A DNA stretch of 64,000 bases from Styela clava (Eukaryota), in NCBI RefSeq assembly GCF_964204865.1, contig NC_135264.1, positions 13,888,001 to 13,952,000 on the forward strand. The letters are read 5' to 3'. Within the stretch, counting starts at the first letter, position 1. Each line of letters begins with the position of its first letter. The notes beneath the pieces were generated by a model. It did no database searches, was not told where the DNA came from, and was given only the letters and a program-made list of their open reading frames with translations. Both the position numbers and the translations under genes were made by a program. This document shows positions 1 to 10,800 of the stretch, in pieces.

Positions 1-978
1 ATGACGATATAACAGTATAACAACGGTATTGTTAGTATAACCTTCATAAACCATAATTTTCATTGTTAAACACACAGTTTGGGGCAATAAATTTCGGTAA
101 AAAACCCCAGATTATCGATATTTGGACATCAAATTTGGCAAAAGTCAAAAACAAACGATTTGTTGACTAATAAAATGTTCTTTCTGTATGATTTATGACA
201 AAACAGGAAAAATTATCAGTTTTAGAGCAGCGCCGAAAAACAGATGCCGTTTTCCAAATCAGAGAATTTTTTTTCTATCTATACCAAATATGTACCAGGG
301 ATAAAACAGGCTCAAAATACCAGCTTTGTCACCATACAAGCTTAGCAGATCGTACATCAATTTTTTGCCACCGTAATCTTTTCCATAGAAGGTAATTATT
401 AATCTGAGATAATGCTTTGGGTTGTAAATCAATTTAAAATGATAATAAACATAAAGTAATATATTTTTACCAAGAAACATTATTATTTCGTTATGTGTTT
501 TATAGGCTTTTTCTAGCAAAACAAATTTAATCATCTCAGAATATAATAATTAAGATTTCAATTTTACTTTATAAACATGGAAAGAGGGTTAAAAAAAAAC
601 TTTGAAAAATATCATCCATTTTGGCTTGAATTTAACAGCATTAGAATGAAAAAATTAGCCATATCTCCATTTCGAATATCAGAATTATATTGTTAATTTT
701 AGGAAAGACATCCCCCATATTGTTATTTATAGTATCTACTAGTAAGTATGGCAATAAAACATACCAATGATCTTAAAATAATCGTACCATGCTATGTTTG
801 CGAGCACAAATAAATCACAAATGGAATTATGCAATCAATTAACGCAATGCAATTAGCCATGCATGTAATTGGTAAAACATTTGCTGGACACAAGCATGCT
901 ATTAAGAAAAAAAGTAAATCAACCTGAAAAGCATTAGCATTATAAATAAAACTATTGTTAATTGTAGACTATCCAAGT

Positions 979-1240
979 CACGGTTTCCCAAACTTTTTGG
1001 GGCGCAGACCACTGTTTATGAATCTTATTTATGACGGGCCGCTATCAGTATCAATTTATGTGCCTAACCTGAAAGTCTAAATCAACACATGCTATCGTTG
1101 AATACTGGCAGGCTAACGACAATTCGATAAGATTATGAACTATTTATATACGTTTCAGACCCTTTTCATATCGTTGCGGACCCCCTGTGCAGTCATCATT
1201 GACCCCCAGAGGTCTGTGGGCCCCAGTTTGGGAAACCCTG
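979..1240. mobile_element. hAT-like MITE
   Basis: TIRs CACGGTTTCCCAAACT / AGTTTGGGAAACCCTG; imperfect 8-bp TSD atccaagt/atctacgt; internal homology to 61377-61685 in opposite orientation. Confidence 0.7.
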
Positions 1241-1823
1241 ATCTACGTTATATACTTCTGATACTATCTAGAAAAATTCAGTGGTCCCAAATACATAGCA
1301 TCAAAAAATCATAATCAGGAACACTGCTTAGCTTACAGAATATTAATGTTAATTATATTAAAAAAGCGCTATTAGGTTACCCTACATTATCTCTATTATT
1401 ATGGACGAAGTATTACTCATTCTTCATTACACAAAATTTGTTGAGTAACGTTATGTTACATTTTCAGCGCTCTTAGACCATTATTTTTTATAACAATAAG
1501 AATATTTTTCTTGGGGCTGATTAATAAAACTAAGCATAAGAAAATATCAGAAAAAAAAATTCAGAATTGAATGAAACGTTCGATAAAAATATCTTGAAAA
1601 TAAAGTACCGGTAATCGTTTGTTGTTGATTGAATAGCAGTGATTTGAAGTCTTTCCAAACTTAATTCGTTAATTTTATTTTAGTATTTGCTTTCTCAAAA
1701 AACAAACAAATTTTTTTCACAATATCCTGTTATACTATAAAAACTATCCAGAATATTAATAAAGCCAAAAATTGTTAAAAATAATATCGCCTAAAAAAAT
1801 TTGAATTTACAAGTAAAACTTAC

Positions 1824-4800
1824 CATGAAATTTTACTCTTCTGTTCTGTTCTTGTGAGCTCAAACTGAGAGGGCTGGGTCCATTGTGCGTATGTCTACGT
1901 GAACGGTTGGGGCTCGGTAACCCTGTGTGCCCGCAAAGCAAAAATTAGTACAATTCACCAACATAAAAAACGGGGTTAGTGTACCACATTAACCACCAGG
2001 AAATCACAAAAATACATTATTGGGGAGGCCGATCAAAATAAAAAAATAAGAATCATGAATAGCAAAACCCAATTCTAACAAACAGATAAGTAAGCTACAA
2101 ATTTATAATAATATATTTTAAATAACTTGCCAAAAAGAAATCACTATTATACTTTATGTGCACCTCAAAAAATAAAATTGCCTTCAATTATAACATGGAA
2201 TTTTGAGAATTTTTAATCAAGATATAAGAAGGAACAAAGAAAATTAATCAAATAGCAATATCTTGGGATATTTTAGAATGGATTTGCACGTTAGTGAGAC
2301 AAATCTAGTTATATATTAGGAACAGAAAAAACCCAATACCGTCCGCTTCTTATTGAGTTTAACACCAGTTTGCAATAAAAAAAAAACACTAAAAAATCTT
2401 ATAAAAGTCATTATAAACTAACACTGCATTACTTTTTCTTCACAATACAAACAATTGGGTGAATTCCAATATTAATTTTTTTTACAACCATATCCGTGAT
2501 TGCGTTTAGCATAGCGATGTCATTGCATTATTTTTATGATAATAGTTAGTTCACAGACGGAATACGATATAATATGGATCTCCGTATTGCTGGACTTATT
2601 TATGATTATCACTATGGAATATGGACATAACACTGCACCACAGTTGTCCTAATTTATAGCGATGTAATAGTATGCTTTTATACCAAAGAAAACTTAACAA
2701 ATGGGACAATTTGTATATTTTGAGAATTATGGATAACAAATTTATTCACAGGATCTGTTCAGATAGGAGTTTTTATTCAATGAAATATGAATGGAAAACC
2801 TAAATAAGTGACATTGAAAATTTTTTGGAATAAAAACGGCAAATTATTTTAGATTTTTCATTTAAACAGATAAAACAATTTTTCGAAGTCAGAGTTCATC
2901 CAAGGTCACAAATTCTTGAGCATCTTCGTACATTGGCCAGACATTGAACAAATATGACATCTATCTTCCATACTTGATTGGTAAATAACTTGCGAGGCAG
3001 ACCCAAAACAATTTCAGTCACGTATTGTTTATAAAGCCTTAACGCAAACGAGAGTATGCATGACTAAATTATTGGGAGAAATGTGATTATGGAAAGTAAA
3101 AAACGCACGAATTGTTGCAAGGAAAGCCTGATTTAATGGTGCACAAACAATAGTGCCATATACAAACAAAAAAACTTTTATTAGGAAATTCACGATTTCT
3201 TGGGCTCAGTAATTCCTATGCCATGTTACATAATTATAATAACAAAAAAGGTATACAAAAAATTGGGCAAAAATAATTGAGAATTTTGAACTAGACAAAC
3301 AATATTAATTGAAGTCAGTTCAAAAAACTAATCAATCAATTTAGGCAGCAGATATTCTATCAAAGAGTATTGAGAAAAGGACTTCTGTCAAGAAGAGTCT
3401 GACAAAAAATTGATTACAATCATACCACCAATCAGACAAAAAGATAGATCGAACAAAGGCAAAAAATAAGTTTAACTCCTATCAAGCTTGGAACAATATA
3501 AATAGACATGGTTATAGTAATCGAAACATTTCATGAACCTGCAAGATGACATGATTTTTCGTTTCATATGAACTCTGTAAGAATTTCATCCTAGACGACT
3601 GAAACGAAAGTGAAACTACGCTATTCAAAGTCATAATAAAACAGTGCTTACAGGATTTTCTTCTTGCTCAGACATGGTACGACTTCTCTCGGAGTGAGCG
3701 AGTTAAATAAAAAATTTCTCTTTTGGACACTTGAAGAAGCATCATAATCATGAATTTCTTTTTTCATAGTCATTAATAAATAATTATAGTTATTATTATG
3801 ACTATTTTGGAGCAGATTAAAAAAAAAATTTTCTCTTCTCAATTATAAAATTATTATTTTTTTTATTCTGACCAAAAGCACTACCACTAAGAACTCAAAC
3901 TCTGAGGGCTAAATAATGTCTTTTATGACTATAGCATCTTGTTTAACTATTTATAAAATGTAAAAATTTTCTTGGAATTTTTAAAATATTTAGCCCATGT
4001 GTATATCTGGAATTTCTTCCACTTTGCGTATCAAAACATTATTAAATATGCAAATGCAAATAGCTACTCATTTCAAAGGATTTGGATGTCTAGTAAATGC
4101 TAAAAAATACTAACCTTTAACCTTATTTCTTAAGCTTCGTCTCGTCTCTTTTCTTGGAACATCCTGATCGGAAAATACTTTCTGTTTTCCTTTCTTACAA
4201 CTATTTCTCTGGCAGGAACAGCTACTAATATCAACTGGTTCTTTGTGACAATCATCAACATTTTCTTCATGACTTCCTTCTGAGAGTCTCTCTATTCCAT
4301 TAGCACAATTTAGAACTGCACTACGTAATTTAGTTCTCTCAATTTTTTTCCTTGTATAACTGTTCTCCTCTTCTAATATAGAGTCTAGTTCTTTCAAAAT
4401 TCTACGAATTCTGACTGAAATACTACAACTGGTATCTTTCTCCATCGTGTTGTCTGCTAAAAAATATTGAGTCAACTATACAACCTCAGATTATCTTTCT
4501 ATTTGAAATTTAGAAAAAAAACTTTCCCAATGATAGATAAATATATTTCAAAGAAATTTGCTCAATGTAAGATCGACCCCCTTTACTTAAAAAGCAAATC
4601 ACTGTATTAGAAAAAGTTAATTCAATTCCTAAATTAAATTTGAACACCGTATACATACAGATTGTTTTGAATCCAACTTTACCTATTGCACAATATTACC
4701 ATAATGAGTGTACATAATAGTAATAAAAAACCACACACAAAAGCCACTTTGGTTGGTAAATATTAGGACAAATGGCACATTATCACCAATAAGAGTAAAG

Positions 4801-7800
4801 TAACTCTGACACCAATACGATTTAAGAGAGCTGATTTCAGTGAGTCAGTTTGGATGAGTGATTTCGAAAACTTAACAGCACCCAATCAAATAATAGTAAA
4901 GGCAGAGATAAAATCAAACAAATCACATATATACCGGTAGATGAAAATGGACCTAATCGAATAACTTTTGACATTATTTGGTGCTACTGTAGCGAGTCTA
5001 GGTCTACCACCGCATAGAGCGAGATGTAACTCAAGATAGCACTTTAGCGTGGGATTTACTTCCCTAATAAAACCCTTTGCTTCTATGCATTTAATTTAGC
5101 AATAAACACTTAATTTGTACATATTTTTGAAATAACTTGGTAATTTTAACTATTATAACGGTATACCTCATAGCCTACTGCATTTGGATAGCCAATATAT
5201 GGTAGTTGTAGTAACGCTATAGCATCCTCCCCTTAGTTTAATATTACAGGTACCAAAATCTTAGGTAATATGAATTCTAATATAATATAAGGACTAAAAA
5301 ATTAAAAAATTAAGACAATAAAACTATGTATTTATGAATGAACCAACTTCAGTAATCAAGAAAAAATCACAATATAAATAATATAATGATTTATTGTATC
5401 ACAAAATCAATCGATAAAATCTGAAAAATTTAAAATCAAATTCTCAAAAAATTGTTGTGGACTTTTCTACATACAATACACAATATAGCCAATACATTCC
5501 CATGCAGTGGACAAGCCTTCTAGGCATTGCTAAAGATTCACTACACCATGCACACATGCGACAAGTGCATTACAAAACAACCCACTACGTTATAAGAAAG
5601 TTTCTAAGTTGCTACGTTATAATGAACTTAAAAAGAGCCACCCCACGATAAGGCAAAATATTCGAATATCAAATGGAATATTGTAATGGCTTTCAGTTTC
5701 AACTATTCAAATATCTGATAACAAGTCAATTTACTTTGACATGGCACTGGAGCTAACATGAGCGAAAGCGCAAGAATTTTCGCAAGACTCTCGCAAGCAG
5801 ACCGAAAGTGAAAAATCTAATATGGTAGTCGTCATCTTTATGATATGGTGTGTCCTTGTCTAATTTCATTGTCAATTTGATATCGTTTAAATTTGTTAAA
5901 AAGAAATAGCAAGCAAATTTAAAAACAAAAGTTTGCGATCAGTTTTGAGAATAATTCAGAAACATCAACAAATTTTGCCTACCCTAGAGATAATTTTTAT
6001 CAATTCAAAATAGGCTATATCGAACTACCAGTAGAAATAACAGCATTCAGGTATAGCTTGCATTAGAATGCGCGAATGATTCATCACCAGAAGAAAAAAA
6101 CAATTTTTTTTGAATCTATTCATAAATATTTTCAGTATATGAATGCATTGTCATTGAAATGGTATTATGGAACTCCATAAGCGCTCATGTGCATGAGTAA
6201 GGATGCCTATATACGGCAATTTAAAGATCTTCAGGACTAATATTAGTTTCTGAACTGTTTTTCCGCCATGTGCTTTTTTTCAATCTTGATTTTTACCACA
6301 AGTATAATATGCAATATACAGGGTGTCCATAAAGTCCCTTTACAATTTCAATTTTGTTATGAAGTCAGTTCTCAATACATATTAACCAGGTTTGTTATTT
6401 TTTAATCAGTAATTGTTTAATAAGTATTTTTTCTTCATTTAGGAGAACCAAAACAAAATATGGTATTGATAAATTCCCTTTGCAATTTTGAAATTTTTTA
6501 AAGACTTTATAGACATCCTATATTACGATATGAAGTGTAAGAAATAGTATTTACACCAAAAATTCCCTCAGTGTCAAATGCAATTCACTGTGACAAAGAA
6601 TCATACTAACTGATAAGAATAAAACAATGTCTCACCTCCTCCTATGTGTGGATTCATGTTTGATGCAGAATTGATATTCCCTGTACTTCTTGCTTGGTTA
6701 TAAAGCATAGAGGCAGGTGTTTGTAATGAACCTCCTTGCTGATTCTGAACAAATAGAGAAAACAACGATGAAGTGACAATAATATTACGATTTTTTCAAT
6801 TAATCAAGGAGACTAGAAACAAGGTTTCTAAGATTGTGCCAGGGTAGTTTGCCCCCTCAATAGGTTGGCAAATGAAACTGAAAATTCATAAAAAATTTCG
6901 CATTTCAAGACTACTAAAGCCAAATTAACTAATCCAAATGCATACTAAATAATATTATTATACATGTAATGCAAAATATATTGTATATTAGAATATGGTC
7001 AACAAATAATTTGGAATGTATTTGAATATTAGATTCATATTAGACAACTCCTTTCAGCTTGGCCCATGCTTTGCTATGAGTTTTTATAGAAAGATGGACT
7101 GAGTAATGTAATGCTATTTCGACTTTTTTCGAGATATCTAGCTCATCAGATCTTCATTGTTATCAAAATAATTTCAAAAACACGGACCATGAAGAATGTG
7201 AATCATCATTTGAGCAGCAAATATAAATATCTGTCCGATAAATAAATACGCAATTGGGAAAACAAGATGCAGTGCAGTGGCCAAATAGTCAAAATAGAAC
7301 ATGATACAACAATTAAAAGCAAAAAAGAAATATATTATGTCAGGCCTCTTCAAATCATTCTTTAGTAAAAAAGTATTATGATGGAGAAGTCCAGAATAAA
7401 GAAATTAAATCTAATCAATTGTATCTGATATTTATACTTTTTAAATGGTCAACTTAGCAGCACAAATAGCAACATTCTGGGACAGATCGAAATGGAACAG
7501 CCAAATTACACAATACTATAAAGAGACATTTTTTTCTAAACCTTTATAACACATATGTATATTCAATACACATTCAATATTTAAATGCTCTAGTTTCAGT
7601 ATATTGTCTTTGGAATCAAAATAATTTCAATTCATATTAAAAGTCAGATTACGGTAAGTTCAACTTTCACATATATCGCTAATATAAACATAGATAAATA
7701 AATATACCTGAGGCATTTGTTTTTGCTGTTCATCATAATCAATTGGATTTGGCAAAGGAGATGGAATATGGAGATTTGTTAAATCTGAAAGAAGTCAAAT

Positions 7801-10800
7801 ATAGTTAGTTAAGCATTAATTTCTTCAATTTAAAATACCATGTATATGGAAGATTGCTCTTAAAGTGAATCAAAAAGAGGAGAGTTAATGAGAGAGTAAT
7901 TAAACCACAGACACATTGACAAATTAACTTTACAAAGTAGAAACTTAAATCAAACTGCTGATAAAGTTAAGTACATAATCAGTCTCACATCAGTCAGTGA
8001 ACCACCAACTTTTATAATATGGACATGAAACTAGCTACCAGTCAGACGTTGAAGACAATACTGTGTATGCCAGCCTTCTTTGATAGAATATTAGGCATGC
8101 ATAGTTAGCTCAATTTTTTTCTATTTCTGTATCAGGACTTTGATCATTGAAACCAATAAAAATGTGAAATTCCGACTCCTAGGTAATCCAGACTCTGGAT
8201 AATTCAAAATTTTGAGTCCGACTGAAATTGGCCAAATTGCCAAACTCTGCCTACACAGCCCTGGTCTGCTCATCAGATCTTCATTATTATCAAGATTATT
8301 TCAAAAACACGGACCATGAAGATATAAGTTCATCATTTGAGCAAATAGAAGGTGATTTTGGAATCATATTATGACAGGGCATGTATTTACTGGAGTTGGA
8401 CCAGGAGTCGTATTTTCAAACTCCCAGAGATAAAGTCGAAATCCTGAATTCCCCAAAGTCAAAATCTCAGGCATCTAACGGTGATAAAGAATGATTGAAT
8501 GATAATTTCATATGACAAAATTTTTTCAAAATTAGATCTTCTCGGAGTTCAAAGTCAAAATTTTGTACAACCAGGAGTTGATTAGAATTTTACGAATCCC
8601 AGTTTGCAATATAGAACATAATTAAAAAATAACAAACATTTCGGTTATGAACCAGTGTAAATGTACTGATATTTCACTTGTAATTCATTCCTCAATGGTC
8701 ATGTTAATTAAGCGTTTTACCTGGCAAAGATCCTGTGTTATTTCCGATCTGAGTAACGTGTGATAGTCCTGGTTGGTTGGTTGGTGTTGGTGGCATTCCT
8801 TGCCTGTGGTTTGTACATTCCGCTGTGTTTTGTAGAACACTGAAAACAAGTAAAGGAATAAGTAATCATTGCTATGATAGGCCATGGTATCAACCAGTTT
8901 TGACCAGTTTCCAAAAGTTTGGTTGAAACCAGAATTTACCGAATTCGTTAAACAATGTTATGGAATTGCTGTGGCCCAAACCCACAACGTATAATTATTG
9001 TAAGAAGGTTGCATTGGGTTAAATCCTGAGCAGAGGAACTTCAGTAAAGCTGATTCCCAACTGTTTGCTCATCAGATCTTCAATATTATCAAGTAATTTC
9101 AAAAACACGGACCATGAAGATAGAGATTCATCATTTGAGCGGATGCAGACGACTCGGGAATTCAAATAATAGAATTTCTGAGTAAATCCTTAGAGATTGT
9201 TTTGAATATGATATATCGGATATCGAATATTTGAAGTAAACATTGTTTTTGTTAACGGTTGAATGAAGTCAATTTTAATGCTTATATTAATATACTTTCA
9301 TATGAAAATATTCTAATTTATTCCCAAATCATAAATTACTTTATCAAACATATCTGAATATTTGATTCGTTTTGGACCTCCCTGGGTCCAGGTATGTCAA
9401 ATTTTGGATTAATTTCTATGAATTTCAAAAGTGTTCAAATATTCGAGTTTTTTTTAGACATCCCCGTAACTTTTTCACAGCATGTAACGCATAGTAGATT
9501 AGTAGGTATACATTTATTACAGCATTTTTCTACAAATGAGGTGCCTCATCATGGGCCATATTTTTAGCGAGTACCTTCAGGCACAATGAGAACTAGCATA
9601 GTGTATTTCCGGTCTGGACAATAGAAAGTAAATAAGTACTCCAAAGTCTGTAACTAATACTTAGGCATATTTACGTTCTGTGGTATTTAGCTGGCTTTAT
9701 CAGATTAAATATTTATTGATGACGTTTAGTTTCGTCATGATGACTATTTAAGGAGTGTCAATAACATTTATGCGCTAAAAATAGAACCCACAAACTTATT
9801 GAAATGCGCATTTTGAGCGGGAAAAAAAACTTCATAGAAAAAATTTCCACCTCACAGGCGACACGAAATGGGAAATTGTATTTAAATTTGCATTTAATAA
9901 CGATATTTGCTGAAATCGTGACATGAAATATTCCTTACCACGAAAACATACTCAAAAGTTCGTAGAAAAATAATATAAACAATAGTAAACATATGTTTAA
10001 TTATAAGTAGGCGGTAGATTCGAATTACTAGTAGAGGTTCAGATAATCTTAATTGTTTTCGTAAATTATATACTCCTTTATATCTTGAAGCTATTCTTCT
10101 TTTAATTCTATAACAGGAAATTTTTACATTTACAATCATTATTATACTCATTTTATTCCGCATTAATTAAAATTGCCAAGTGCAAAAGGAGAGGTACCGG
10201 TAGCTAAATGCATTTATCAGTTGGGGTTACACAAGACTCCCATCCTTCTGCTGTGTCATTAGTGGATTGTATGCATATATTACGAAGATGCTGTAGTAGG
10301 AAAAAAGATGACTATACTATTAAATTTATTAGGAATCTTGTTGTAAACTTCTTGTCCAAGGAAAGACGTTATAAAAATACATTTGTGTTAGTGTGCAGCA
10401 AGACTCTACACATACTATCAATACATTTATGATGTGTAAATATGAAGTCCAAATAACTCACCCCATATGAGAATCTTCACATGATTTAGGTCCATTAGGA
10501 GCTTGTAAATGTTGATGAAATTTCTCAGCATCCAGAACTGATTTAGACATCGATGTATCCATCAAATCTGAAGAAATGATCGAAATTTGTGTCAAATATA
10601 TAAATGTGTTGATGAGAATAAATGAACATAATTGCTGACCCTCCATACAGGGTTACATAAAACACTGCTTTCCAAAACTACAATACATAACACATGTTGA
10701 GATTTTAGCACTTTTCCGCCCTTCCCACCCAAGGAGAAGAAAATTGATATAATGACTTAATCACATAGTAAACCACATACTTTAATTTGGTTGTAAGTCC

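Noticed and set aside
3648-3842. 64-aa ORF with a GTAAGC donor-like site at 3651
   Set aside because: No frame gives the phase-1 end needed to join exon 9, no recognisable homology, and no proper C box or terminal stem for a snoRNA.
5955-6088. GTGATGA...CTGA on the minus strand in CRTC intron 8
   Set aside because: No terminal stem and no guide complementarity I can recognise; likely chance.
7141-9140. Three spaced ~75-nt repeats as a CRISPR-like array or transposon
   Set aside because: Eukaryotic intronic context, ~1-kb spacing with exons in between, and conserved C/D boxes plus an rRNA guide explain them as snoRNAs.
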